Shown in pieces: positions 28,649 through 38,026 of a DNA stretch of 64,000 bases (position 1 is the first letter of the stretch; every line of letters begins with the position of its first letter). The DNA is from Polaromonas sp. (GTDB lineage: Bacteria > Pseudomonadota > Gammaproteobacteria > Burkholderiales > Burkholderiaceae_C). The notes below the pieces were generated by a model that did not search any database, had not been told where the DNA came from, and saw only the letters and a list, made by a program, of their open reading frames with translations. The translations under genes and the position numbers were made by a program. The stretch is taken from NCBI GenBank assembly GCA_043740415.1, contig JAYUCJ010000152.1:2758-66757 (forward strand), written 5' to 3'.

Positions 28649-29550
28649 CCTGTCAGCCTAGTCCAAGCCTCTTGATACTTCGCCGCCGTCTTCTCAATCA
28701 CCTCGCGCGGCACGCGGGGGGCTGGGGGGGTTTTGTCCCAGGTTTGGGTTTCTAACCAGTCGCGGACGAACTGTTTGTCGAAACTTGGGGGATTTTTGCC
28801 TTCTACATAACTCTCCAGCGGCCAGAAGCGGGATGAATCTGGCGTTAGCACCTCGTCCATCAGGGTCAGCGTGCCATCCGCGTCTAAACCAAACTCAAAC
28901 TTGGTGTCGGCGATGATGATGCCTTTGGTCAAGGCGAATTCATAGGCGGTTTTGTAGATGGCGATGCTGAGGGTTTTGATTTTCTCGGCCAAATCGACAC
29001 CGATTTTGTCGCACATCTGCTCAAAAGTGATGTTTTCGTCGTGCTCGCCCACAATCGCTTTGGCGGCGGGGGTGAAGATGGGTTCGGGGAGTTTGGAGGC
29101 ATTTTTTAGATTAGCGGGCAGTTTGACGCCGCAAACCGATTGCGACACTTGGTATTCTGCCCAGCCGCTGCCCGCCAAATAGCCGCGCACCACGGCTTCC
29201 ACAGGGATGGGTTTGAGACGTTTCACCAGCATGGAACGACCGGTGACGTAAGGGACTTCGCTAGGTAAGACGGCGCTTTCAGGCGATTCGCCCGTCAAAT
29301 GATTTGGGCACAGATTCGCGCCGTTTTTACCCAGCTTTTCAAACCAAAACAGCGCCATTTGCGTGAGCAATGCGCCTTTACCCGGAATCGGCTCACCCAT
29401 GATGACGTCAAACGCGCTCAGGCGATCGCTGGCGACCATCAAAATGCGGTCGCTGCCGACGGCGTAGTTGTCGCGGACTTTGCCTCGAGCCAGAAGGGTC
29501 AGAGAAGTCAGATTAGAAGTGTGAACCGAAGTAGGCTGCGCTGAAGTCAT
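28645..29550 (-). CDS. purC: Phosphoribosylaminoimidazole-succinocarboxamide synthase
   Basis: GKVRDNY...[10 protein letters not shown]...[10 protein letters not shown]. 301 aa (long form). Confidence 0.9.
   Translation of the reverse strand: MTSAQPTSVHTSNLTSLTLLARGKVRDNYAVGSDRILMVASDRLSAFDVIMGEPIPGKGALLTQMALFWFEKLGKNGANLCPNHLTGESPESAVLPSEVPYVTGRSMLVKRLKPIPVEAVVRGYLAGSGWAEYQVSQSVCGVKLPANLKNASKLPEPIFTPAAKAIVGEHDENITFEQMCDKIGVDLAEKIKTLSIAIYKTAYEFALTKGIIIADTKFEFGLDADGTLTLMDEVLTPDSSRFWPLESYVEGKNPPSFDKQFVRDWLETQTWDKTPPAPRVPREVIEKTAAKYQEAWTRLTG
28655..28717 (+). repeat. Genuine purC 3'-terminal segment that is the template of repeat copies B-D (copy A)
   Basis: agcctagtccaagcctcttgatacttcgccgccgtcttctcaatcacctcgcgcggcacgcgg. 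Encodes ...[19 protein letters not shown] on the minus strand. Confidence 0.85.
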
Positions 29551-29780
29551 GGTTTGGCACTGGGTAGTAATTCAAATACCTGATTATCGCCTTCTGGCGA
29601 GCTCTGTGATGCTCAGACGTGTCAAATTAAGCATTGCACCAAACCATACGGGCTATTTGCAGCATTTACTGTTGCAGTTATAGGTACTCTCCTACAGACA
29701 GGCAGCATTTGCAAGTCGATAATGAAATGGATAGCAACGCTATTCCTACTCAAGGCAACACAACACATACGGAGGCAGAG

Positions 29781-30377
29781 ATGCAACAATCAACTCAATC
29801 AACCGCCCTAGTTTCACTCGCAGCACTTTGCATGCTGGTAGCCTTTAGCACCGTTGCTGTCGCGCAACCAATCGAACCGAAAATCAAGCTGCTTACGACA
29901 GCGGCCGACCCTTTGAAAGACGCTGTACTCATAGGCCGCGTTATGACCGGAAACATGATTTTTCAATTGGAAATTGAAGGGTCAGAGCCGATGTGGATGC
30001 AAATGGGCAATCCACCGACTTGGGGCGAGCATAAACCGGCGGCAGACGAACGCTTTCATGTTGAGTTGAAACTGACAGATCCGAAGTCCAAAACGCGTAT
30101 TCCTTACGCAGGCGCCGCTTTCATGGCGACCAACCAAGATACCGGCAAAAGCATGACCTTGCCTTTGCCGCCCATGTGGGGCAGCAGTGGCCTGCACTAC
30201 TCGGCGAACAGCGCACTATTGGGTGACGGCGCTTATGCCGCGACGGTAACGATTGCTGTACCGACGTTTGAGCGTGAATTGAAAGACAAGGATCTGTGGG
30301 CCAAGCCTGTGAGCGCCAAGTTCCATTTCAAACTTAAAAACGGCAAACTGACCGAAGTGTCCCAGGCGAGCCGCTAA
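29781..30377 (+). CDS. Periplasmic metal-binding protein (Iron_transport/P19-like fold, tentative)
   Basis: Start at MQQSTQ, preceded by ggaggcagag. Signal peptide ...TVAVAQP. ERFHVELKLTD...LPLPPMWGSSGLHYS resembles the Fe2+/Cu-binding P19 family. Sits upstream of a multicopper oxidase gene. Confidence 0.45.
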   Translation: MQQSTQSTALVSLAALCMLVAFSTVAVAQPIEPKIKLLTTAADPLKDAVLIGRVMTGNMIFQLEIEGSEPMWMQMGNPPTWGEHKPAADERFHVELKLTDPKSKTRIPYAGAAFMATNQDTGKSMTLPLPPMWGSSGLHYSANSALLGDGAYAATVTIAVPTFERELKDKDLWAKPVSAKFHFKLKNGKLTEVSQASR

Positions 30378-30433
30378 GCAGCGGTCTTTGTCAAAAACAA
30401 CGCACATATCAACTATTTTTTTAGGAGAAAACC

Positions 30434-30646
30434 ATGAAGACTTTGTTTGTTGTAGCCCTAATTGCAGCATCTGTATTGAACAGCGGCGCCGCTTTAGCGC
30501 AGAGCGGAAACATGATGAATGGCGGCATGTGGGGAGGTGGCATGTGGAGCGGTGGCTGGATGGGGGGTGGATATTGGCCACTGATTTTGCTGTGCATTGC
30601 CGTTATAGGCTTAGTCGTATGGATCATCACAAAAAAGGGGAAGTGA
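30434..30646 (+). CDS. Small secreted Met/Trp/Gly-rich protein with a C-terminal TM anchor
   Basis: 70 aa. RBS aggagaaaacc before the ATG. Signal MKTLFVVALIAASVLNSGAALA, then QSGNMMNGGMWGGGMWSGGWMGGGYW, then TM PLILLCIAVIGLVVWII + KKGK. Confidence 0.6.
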   Translation: MKTLFVVALIAASVLNSGAALAQSGNMMNGGMWGGGMWSGGWMGGGYWPLILLCIAVIGLVVWIITKKGK

Positions 30647-30724
30647 TTGTGATGTCGAAAGCAGTGGTGCACTGCAGGGTCTGATGCATAACTAACGCAT
30701 TTTAGAAATAACAAGGAGAGCGGC

Positions 30725-32353
30725 ATGTTAAGCAGAAGACAGTTGTTTCAGTTTGCTGGCGTGGCTGCTGTGGCTGGTGCTGGGGGAGCCGCTTGGATGT
30801 ATTTCGGAGCGCCTAGGTCGAATGCGATGGCTGGTGGCGCGTTTCGACACTACCCGTTTGACCCGGTGGCCGCTGAGAATTTTCAGCAAAAACTGTTCAT
30901 CCCGGTGGACAGTGGACCGTTCGGGGTGCTGGATGTGACCGGGCCGCTGAAAATTCGCGCTACGGCTGCGAGCTTCCCGCTACTGCCCGGCCGCGAATCG
31001 CCTTTCTTGCTGTACCAGACCGAGCAGGCGGGCAAGGCCTACCAAAACCCTATTCTGCGGATGGAGAGTGGCTCGCGCTTCACAGTTAGCCTGGACAACG
31101 CGCTTACGCAACCGACCATCATCCACTGGCACGGCCTGCACACGCCCGCCGCCATGGATGGCCACCCCGTCAACACCATCGCCCCCGGCGGCCGTTATGA
31201 CTACGACTTCACGGTGCGCAACCGCGGCGGCACCTACTGGTACCACACACACGCGCACGAATTGACCGCCGAGCAGGCCTACAACGGTTTGGCCAGCTTC
31301 TTTTTGGTGGACGACAACGACCAGCGCAACTTGGCCAAAGCGCTCGATCTACAGCTAGGTGTGACCGACCTGCCCCTTGTCATCCAGGACAAGCGGTTCG
31401 ATGCGCAGGGCAAACTGCTGTACCGACCGAGCATGCATGACGCCATGATGGGCTGGCTAGGCGACATCATCCTTGCCAACCTGACACCCAATGCGGTGCA
31501 GACCGTCATGCCGCGCAGCTACCGTCTGCGGCTGCTGAATGGTTCCAACGCGCGCATTTACCGGCTCGCCTTCGTCGCTGGCAACACGCCGCTGGGTTTC
31601 ACCGTCATCGGCACCGACGGCGGCTTGATTGAGCGGCCAGAAGCGGCGACCGAGGCCTTTTTGGCACCGGGTGAGCGTCTGGACATCCTGTTTGACGCGG
31701 GGCAGGCACAGCCCGGCACAGACATTTTTCTGAAAAGCTTGGCCTTTGATCCGATGGAGAACGAGGGTGGCATGGGTGGCATGGGTGGTATGGGTAATAT
31801 GGGCGGCATGGGCTCGTCACGGCTGGCCCTAGGCGAAGCGTTCAATATCTTGAAGTTGTCCGTGGTGGCTGGAGAGCGTGTTGTTGCAAAGCTGCCAACG
31901 ACGCTGTCAACGATCAAGCCCATCGCCACCACCGGCGCTGTGCTGCGCAAGATTGAACTGTCGATGCAGCAAATGCGCTTTCTGATCAACGGGCGCAGCT
32001 TTGTCATGGACGAGATCGCGTTCAGCGTGCAGCGCAATACGGTAGAAATCTGGAGCATCAGCAACCCCGTTCTGGGCATGCCGCACCCGATACACCTTCA
32101 TGGCTTTTCGTTTCAGGTACTGGAGCGGCTGAACAGCCCGTCGCCGTTGTCGGCGCTGGCGCGTTTTGGCAAGGGGCGAACCGTCAGCGACTTGGGGTGG
32201 AAAGACACCGTGCTGGTCTGGCCCGGAGAAACGGTGCGAATCGCCATCGACTTTAGCCACGACTTCCCAGGTGATCAGACCTACCTCTTACACTGCCACA
32301 ATTTGGAGCACGAAGACGCGGGCATGATGATCAATTTTCGCGTTCAGGCGTGA
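30725..32353 (+). CDS. Multicopper oxidase (CueO/CopA-like), Tat-exported
   Basis: Tat motif SRRQLFQF. Copper ligand motifs HWHGLH, HTHAH, HPIHLHG and HCHNLEHEDAGMM. Met-rich insert GGMGGMGGMGNMGGMG. Confidence 0.9.
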   Translation: MLSRRQLFQFAGVAAVAGAGGAAWMYFGAPRSNAMAGGAFRHYPFDPVAAENFQQKLFIPVDSGPFGVLDVTGPLKIRATAASFPLLPGRESPFLLYQTEQAGKAYQNPILRMESGSRFTVSLDNALTQPTIIHWHGLHTPAAMDGHPVNTIAPGGRYDYDFTVRNRGGTYWYHTHAHELTAEQAYNGLASFFLVDDNDQRNLAKALDLQLGVTDLPLVIQDKRFDAQGKLLYRPSMHDAMMGWLGDIILANLTPNAVQTVMPRSYRLRLLNGSNARIYRLAFVAGNTPLGFTVIGTDGGLIERPEAATEAFLAPGERLDILFDAGQAQPGTDIFLKSLAFDPMENEGGMGGMGGMGNMGGMGSSRLALGEAFNILKLSVVAGERVVAKLPTTLSTIKPIATTGAVLRKIELSMQQMRFLINGRSFVMDEIAFSVQRNTVEIWSISNPVLGMPHPIHLHGFSFQVLERLNSPSPLSALARFGKGRTVSDLGWKDTVLVWPGETVRIAIDFSHDFPGDQTYLLHCHNLEHEDAGMMINFRVQA

Positions 32354-32378
32354 AACTGGCTCAACAGCCGCAGTAGCC

Positions 32379-33815
32379 TCAACCCACGCGACAAATCTTC
32401 AGCATGTTCGTGCCGCCTGGCGTGCCCATGGGCTCGCCGCAGGTGATGGCGTAAACGTCGCCTTTTTGGACGATGCCACGGGCTTTTAGGTGGGCTTCGG
32501 CTTGCGCGAGAGCGGTGTCGCGGTCGCTGTCGGTGTCCATCAACAAGGGTTGCACATTGCGGTACAGCGTCATTTTGCGCTGGGTGGCGATGCGGGCCGT
32601 CAACGCGTAGATAGGAATATGGATGCGGTGACGGCTCATCCACAGGGCGGCGCTGCCGCTTTCAGTCATCGCCACGATGGCTTTGGCGCCCAGGTGGTGC
32701 GCGGTGAACAAGGCGCCCATGGCGATGGATTGGTCGATGCGGTCCAGCTTCATGTCGGCGAAATCAGCGTCCAGCTTGACGTCTTCGGCGCTTTCGGCAG
32801 CGGCGCAGATGTTGGCCATTTCGATGACGGTTTCGACAGGGTATTTGCCGGCTGCGGTTTCGGCGGACAGCATCACGGCGTCCGTGCCGTCCAAAACTGC
32901 ATTGGCGACGTCGCTCACCTCGGCGCGGGTCGGCACGGCGTTGTTGATCATGGATTCCATCATTTGGGTGGCGGTGATGGTGGTTTTGTCGTGCTTCAAG
33001 GCCAGCTTGATCATGCGTTTTTGCAGCGCAGGAACAGCGGCGTTGCCGACCTCAACCGCCAAATCGCCCCGGGCGACCATGATGCTGTCGCTGGCGATGA
33101 TGATTTCTTCCAACTTAGGAATCGCCTCGGCACGTTCGATTTTGGCGATCAAATGCGGCTTGTGGTTGAATTCTGCTCCGGCGACGTTGGCCAATTGGCG
33201 CGCCAGCTCCATGTCTGAGCCATTTTTAGGGAAGCTGACGGCCAAATAATCGGCCTGGAAGCTCATGGCGGTTTTGATGTCGTCCATGTCTTTGGCGGTC
33301 AGCGCAGGGGCGGTCAAGCCGCCGCCTTGTTTGTTGATGCCTTTGTTGTTGGACAAATCGCCGCCCATTTTGACGGTGGTGTGTACGGCTTGGCCGACGA
33401 CTTTGTCCACGGTCAGCACGATCAAGCCGTCGTTCAACAACAGCACATCGTCTGCTTTGACTTCGCTGGGCAGGTTTTTGTAGTCCAAGCCGACAGCGTC
33501 TTGGTCGCCCAGCTCGGTGCGGCCGGCGTCCAGGATGAATTTAGTGCCGACTTCAAGCACGATTTTGTTGTTCACAAAACGGCTGATGCGGATTTTGGGG
33601 CCTTGCAAATCGGCCATGATGCCGACAACGGTGCCAGCGCGGGCTGCTGCTTCACGCACCATTTTTGCGCGGTCGCAATGGTCTTGGGCCGAGCCGTGGC
33701 TGAAATTCAGGCGCATGACGTTGACGCCAGCGCGTATCATTTGCTCCAAAATGGCGGGGTCGCTGGAGGCTGGGCCTAAGGTGGCGACGATTTTGGTGGC
33801 TCTGCGTGACGACAT
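32379..33815 (-). CDS. pyk: Pyruvate kinase
   Basis: TKIVATLGPAS...MRLNFSHG...MVARGDLAVE. 478 aa. Confidence 0.9.
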   Translation of the reverse strand: MSSRRATKIVATLGPASSDPAILEQMIRAGVNVMRLNFSHGSAQDHCDRAKMVREAAARAGTVVGIMADLQGPKIRISRFVNNKIVLEVGTKFILDAGRTELGDQDAVGLDYKNLPSEVKADDVLLLNDGLIVLTVDKVVGQAVHTTVKMGGDLSNNKGINKQGGGLTAPALTAKDMDDIKTAMSFQADYLAVSFPKNGSDMELARQLANVAGAEFNHKPHLIAKIERAEAIPKLEEIIIASDSIMVARGDLAVEVGNAAVPALQKRMIKLALKHDKTTITATQMMESMINNAVPTRAEVSDVANAVLDGTDAVMLSAETAAGKYPVETVIEMANICAAAESAEDVKLDADFADMKLDRIDQSIAMGALFTAHHLGAKAIVAMTESGSAALWMSRHRIHIPIYALTARIATQRKMTLYRNVQPLLMDTDSDRDTALAQAEAHLKARGIVQKGDVYAITCGEPMGTPGGTNMLKICRVG

Positions 33816-33952
33816 GAAGATATCTCCGTTGTAATTTAGTAAACCGGTAACTCAGTAACTTAGTTTTTATGTATCTTCGCTGATTTTAGTTACAAAACGA
33901 TGAGAAAAACGTGTTTGTAAGTTACTAAAGGGTTACGAAAACGCAGACTGAC

Positions 33953-34294
33953 CTACCAGCCCAACCCCAAATGTAGCGGCAAATACACCAGCATGCCCAA
34001 ACTCATGGTGAACAGCACACTTTTACGCCAAAAATAAACCGCTGCGCCTCCCAGTGCCGCGAGCAATTTGGCGTCATGCCAAGACGTCAGCAACTGCCCC
34101 TGGGTCACCAAAATCTCAGGCAAGATGACGGCGGACAAGGCGGCAATCGGGGCGTAATGCAAGCCCCGACTGACCCAATTCGGCAGCTGCCACGACTTGC
34201 TGGAATACAAGAAAAAACACCGCGTGATGACCGTCACCAATGCCAAGCCAGCGATGGTGATGAGCGTCCAGGCGTCGGTGATATTGGCGGTCAT
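33953..34294 (-). CDS. azlD: Branched-chain amino acid transport protein AzlD
   Basis: 113-aa 4-TM protein immediately downstream of the azlC-like gene. Confidence 0.7.
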   Translation of the reverse strand: MTANITDAWTLITIAGLALVTVITRCFFLYSSKSWQLPNWVSRGLHYAPIAALSAVILPEILVTQGQLLTSWHDAKLLAALGGAAVYFWRKSVLFTMSLGMLVYLPLHLGLGW

Positions 34295-34309
34295 ATTTGC
34301 TAAGTTGGC

Positions 34310-35056
34310 TTAGTTTGCTTGCTTGGGTTGCCTGGGTTGTATAACGCGCTGCGTTTTATCTAGCAGCAAGCACATAGCTACAGCGGCTGAAATCGCGACG
34401 ACAATGTTCATTTTGAGCGGTAAGGCATATGCCGCAACCGCCACGGCACTCGACACGGCGGCGGCCACAATGCGCAGCTTGCTGGTCGCCAAAGAGCACA
34501 AAATACCCAGCAACGACAAAATACCCGCAAAACCCAGCCCCCAATGCACGGGAACTTGGTGCGCTAGCGCGATGCCCAGCAGACTAGCCCCCATCCAAGC
34601 CACCCAAGTCAAACCCGTGTTACCCGCTAAAAAAGCGTCTTGCGCTTGCTGCTGCGCTGCTGTTGCGCCAGGTTTCGGAAACTTGCTAACAAACTGCACG
34701 TAGCTTAAATCTGCCGTCAAATAGCCACTTAACAGGCGCTTCCACCGCGGTAAATGCATCAAATACGGTCGCAAATGCGCGCTAAACACGACAAAACGCA
34801 GGTTCACACACAAACCGGTCAGCAAAATCACCCACATGGGCGCACCCACAGCAATCAGCGGAATGGCGGCCAGCTGTGAGCTGCCGGCGAAAACCAGCAG
34901 CGTCATCGCGACCGATTCGACCACGCTCATACCGCTGTTGACCATGGAAACGCCCATCGTCAGTCCCCACGCCACCATGCCGGGCAGCATGGGGATGCAG
35001 TCTTTCGCGCCCTGTAAATAGGCGGGGTGGGTGTAATTGCTGCGGCTTAAAAACAT
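34310..35056 (-). CDS. azlC: AzlC-family branched-chain amino acid permease component
   Basis: 248 aa, multi-TM, FAGSSQLAAI motif. Confidence 0.75.
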   Translation of the reverse strand: MFLSRSNYTHPAYLQGAKDCIPMLPGMVAWGLTMGVSMVNSGMSVVESVAMTLLVFAGSSQLAAIPLIAVGAPMWVILLTGLCVNLRFVVFSAHLRPYLMHLPRWKRLLSGYLTADLSYVQFVSKFPKPGATAAQQQAQDAFLAGNTGLTWVAWMGASLLGIALAHQVPVHWGLGFAGILSLLGILCSLATSKLRIVAAAVSSAVAVAAYALPLKMNIVVAISAAVAMCLLLDKTQRVIQPRQPKQAN

Positions 35057-35065
35057 AAGCCGCGA

Positions 35066-36082
35066 TTAAACCAGTTCGCCGAAACACATACCGACCTGCA
35101 CGTCACAGCCGTGCACAAAGTCCGCCACTTTGAGGCGTTTGCCGCCTGGGCGCTGCAATTCAGTCAAATAAACGACGCTGTATGCTGGGGTTTCAGTATT
35201 TTCAATTGCTATATTATTAATAGCAATACAGGCAATAAATATGCCGGATATATCCAATATTTGCCCTTTTTTATAGGTTTTATCGGCTTCTATGAGGTTT
35301 TGATCGCCCAATTCTGCGTTCCACACCTTGATCTGCTCGCCGTTCAGCGATGTCACCGCGCCCGGGAAGGGGTTGAAAGCGCGGATGCGGCGGGTGATGA
35401 CCTCGGCGCTTTGTGACCAGTCGATCTGCGCTTCGGCTTTTTCGATCTTGCTGGCGTAAGTCACCCCTTCGATGGGCTGCTTGGTTGCGGTTAATTGCGA
35501 CAGCGTTGACAAAGTTTGGAGGATCATCTTGCCACCCATATCGGCCAATTTGTCGTGCAAAGAACCCGTGGTGTCCGACTCCGAAATCGGCAATTCGTCG
35601 CGCAGCAACATGTCACCGGTGTCCAGCCCCGCGTCCATTTGCATGATGGTGACGCCAGTGGTGGCATCGCCCGCTTCGATAGCGCGGTGAATTGGCGCTG
35701 CGCCGCGCCAGCGTGGAAGTAGCGACGCATGGATGTTCAAACAGCCGAGCCTAGGCGAAGTGAGCGCCCACTCAGGCAAGATCAAGCCGTAGGCGGCGAC
35801 GACCATCACTTCAGCGCCGTCTTCAATGGCTTTATCGATAGCCGCTTTCCCAAGGGCGGCTTCATCGGGGAATTTACCGTCCAAGCGCAGTCTGCGTGGC
35901 TGGGCGACAGGGATGTTGTGGTCTATGGCGAATTGTTTGACAGCCGAGGCCTGCAGCTTCATGCCACGCCCTGCGGGGCGGTCGGGCTGGGTCAGCACCA
36001 GTACGATCTCGTGCGCTGCTGCAACCAAGGCTTGCATCGCCACACTGGCAAATTCTGGCGTGCCAGCGAAGATGAGTTTCAT
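35066..36082 (-). CDS. fmt: Methionyl-tRNA formyltransferase
   Basis: [12 protein letters not shown]...QPDRPAGRG...[16 protein letters not shown]...LQRPGGKRL. Contains an in-frame R45 copy in the C-terminal domain. Confidence 0.9.
   Translation of the reverse strand: MKLIFAGTPEFASVAMQALVAAAHEIVLVLTQPDRPAGRGMKLQASAVKQFAIDHNIPVAQPRRLRLDGKFPDEAALGKAAIDKAIEDGAEVMVVAAYGLILPEWALTSPRLGCLNIHASLLPRWRGAAPIHRAIEAGDATTGVTIMQMDAGLDTGDMLLRDELPISESDTTGSLHDKLADMGGKMILQTLSTLSQLTATKQPIEGVTYASKIEKAEAQIDWSQSAEVITRRIRAFNPFPGAVTSLNGEQIKVWNAELGDQNLIEADKTYKKGQILDISGIFIACIAINNIAIENTETPAYSVVYLTELQRPGGKRLKVADFVHGCDVQVGMCFGELV
35205..35250 (-). repeat. R45 repeat, inside the fmt CDS (in frame, opposite relative orientation)
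   Basis: attgctatattattaatagcaatacaggcaataaatatgccggata. Read on the minus strand as ...[17 protein letters not shown]... Confidence 0.8.
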
Positions 36083-36100
36083 TGAACGTGTATTTGAGTT

Positions 36101-36643
36101 TTAGAGTCTAGGACGGCTCAATTTGTCATATTCAGCGTCTTTTTCATCTTCGCGCTTGAGTTTGAGCATTTTGGTTTTGATACGGTTGAATTTAAGTTTG
36201 GACAAATACTCCACAAACACCTTGCCCAACAGATGGTCCAGCTCGTGCTGGACACAGACGGCCAGCATCTCCTCAGCCTCCAGCTGCTGCGGTTTGCCCT
36301 TGGCGTCTAAATACGTCACTTTGACGGCAACAGCGCGTTCCACTTTGTCGTAAATCTCAGGCACGGACAGGCAGCCTTCTTCGCCGATGTGCTTTTCAGG
36401 GCTGTACCAGGTGATTTCGGGGTTGATGAGCACCAAAGGCTGGTCACGCTCATCAGACACGTCAATCACCACCAAGCGCTCATGCACGTTGACCTGTGTG
36501 GCGGCCAAACCGATGCCTTTGGCCTCGTACATGGTCTCTAGCATGTCGGCAATCAGGGTGGAGATGCGATGATCGACCTCGGCTACGGGCTTGGCAACCG
36601 TGTTCAGGCGTGGGTCTGGGAAGGAAAGGATGGGTAATATCAT
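36101..36643 (-). CDS. def: Peptide deformylase
   Basis: [13 protein letters not shown]...EGCLSVP...HELDHL. The track ORF extends to 36667. Confidence 0.9.
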   Translation of the reverse strand: MILPILSFPDPRLNTVAKPVAEVDHRISTLIADMLETMYEAKGIGLAATQVNVHERLVVIDVSDERDQPLVLINPEITWYSPEKHIGEEGCLSVPEIYDKVERAVAVKVTYLDAKGKPQQLEAEEMLAVCVQHELDHLLGKVFVEYLSKLKFNRIKTKMLKLKREDEKDAEYDKLSRPRL

Positions 36644-36748
36644 GGTGTAGAGGGGAAAAGACAACATATATTTTACTATTCCTGCCTAATTGGTGTGATT
36701 TGTGGCGATTTAGTTAGAGAATTATCTGAATTCGCGGAAAATAACTAA

Positions 36749-38005
36749 ATGTTACTTATGCACAAAACACTGAATTCTCAAGCACTTAGCGCAACAACCA
36801 CGTTGCTGGCTAGTGCGCTATTCGTAGCCCTACCATTGTCAACCGCGCTGGCGGCAACAGCCCATCCCCTGACGGTGAGCCCTGCGCAGCAAAAAACAGC
36901 GACGCAAGTCGCGAACGATGGCGTTCCCTTGAGCGAACTGGCGCCGAACGCACCAGATAGCCACACGGTCAAACGGGGCGACACGCTGTGGGCGATTTCC
37001 AAAATCTTCCTGAAAAGCCCCTGGCGCTGGCCTGAGCTGTGGGGCATGAACATGGCGGATATCAAAAACCCGCATTTGATCTACCCAGGCCAAATTTTGT
37101 ATTTGGACAAATCAAATGGTCGGGCGCGCTTGAGCAGCCGACGTGGCGGTGTAGGCTTAGACGCGAATGGCTTGGAAACGATCAAGCTGTCACCACGCAC
37201 ACGCAGCAGCAATTTGCCAGATGATTCCATTCCGACTTTGCAAAACAGCTTGATCGAGCCGTTTTTAACCGAGCCCATCATCGTTGAAGAAGCCACCTTG
37301 CAAGCCGCGCCGCGCTTTGTCGCAACCCAAGAGGGCCGCGTCTTGCTCAGCGAAGGCGACCGTGCCTATGCACGCAGTGCGGATGGCGCAACCCTCAGCA
37401 TTGCAGCGGGTCAACCGCGCGACTTTAGAGTTTTCCGCAATGCAACGGCGTTGAAAGACCCGGGAACCGGTGAAGTATTGGGCTACGAAGCGCAATACGT
37501 GGGCCGTGCCAAATTGATTCGCGGTGAGTCTGTGACGGTTGTTCGCGGTGCAGAAGTCAAAGCTGGTGATGTTGCCAAGACTGAAATCATCCCAGCCACG
37601 CTAGACATTACTCGCTCCAAAGAAGAAATTCGCACGGGTGACCGCCTGTTACCTGAGCCGCCCTTGGAGCTACTGACTTACACACCCCGCGCACCTGCAA
37701 ACGCGGTTGAGGCACGTATTGTGTCTGTCTACGGCAGCGCCGTGGCGAATGTGGCGCAAAACCAAGTCGTCGTCATCAACCGGGGCACCAAAGATGGCAT
37801 GGAACGTGGCCACGTCTTGGCGATTCAAACCAATGGCGAACGCATTGTAGACAAGACTGGCACCAGCTTTCAGGATATCAAATTGCCGGATGAGCGCAAT
37901 GGTTTGCTGATGGTGTTCCGCCCTTTTGAGCGTGTTTCTTACGCCTTGGTGTTAAACGCCACGCAAGCAGTGCGTGTGGGCGATTGGTTGATTAATCCGC
38001 GTTGA
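36749..38005 (+). CDS. LysM-domain peptidoglycan-binding protein
   Basis: Signal peptide. LysM motif HTVKRGDTLWAISKIFL...W..LW. Conserved position between def and dprA. Confidence 0.8.
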   Translation: MLLMHKTLNSQALSATTTLLASALFVALPLSTALAATAHPLTVSPAQQKTATQVANDGVPLSELAPNAPDSHTVKRGDTLWAISKIFLKSPWRWPELWGMNMADIKNPHLIYPGQILYLDKSNGRARLSSRRGGVGLDANGLETIKLSPRTRSSNLPDDSIPTLQNSLIEPFLTEPIIVEEATLQAAPRFVATQEGRVLLSEGDRAYARSADGATLSIAAGQPRDFRVFRNATALKDPGTGEVLGYEAQYVGRAKLIRGESVTVVRGAEVKAGDVAKTEIIPATLDITRSKEEIRTGDRLLPEPPLELLTYTPRAPANAVEARIVSVYGSAVANVAQNQVVVINRGTKDGMERGHVLAIQTNGERIVDKTGTSFQDIKLPDERNGLLMVFRPFERVSYALVLNATQAVRVGDWLINPR

Positions 38006-38026
38006 TTTTTAAGCCAAGTTGCTAAA

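Noticed and set aside
28715-28730. G6 and G7 runs inside purC as possible phase-variation tracts
   Set aside because: They encode a conserved-looking PPAP segment of an essential biosynthetic gene. Tracts this short in GC-rich coding DNA are unremarkable.
31757-31815. GGMGGMGGMGNMGGMG-coding repeat in the multicopper oxidase as an anomalous microsatellite
   Set aside because: Met-rich inserts are a known feature of CueO/CopA/PcoA-type oxidases, so it is explained by the annotated CDS.
33816-33952. Multiple GTAAC/GTTAC words and a 9-bp inverted repeat (AGTAACTTA ... TAAGTTACT) upstream of pyk
   Set aside because: The words are short in an AT-rich spacer. I cannot assign a regulator or show significance without a genome-wide motif test.
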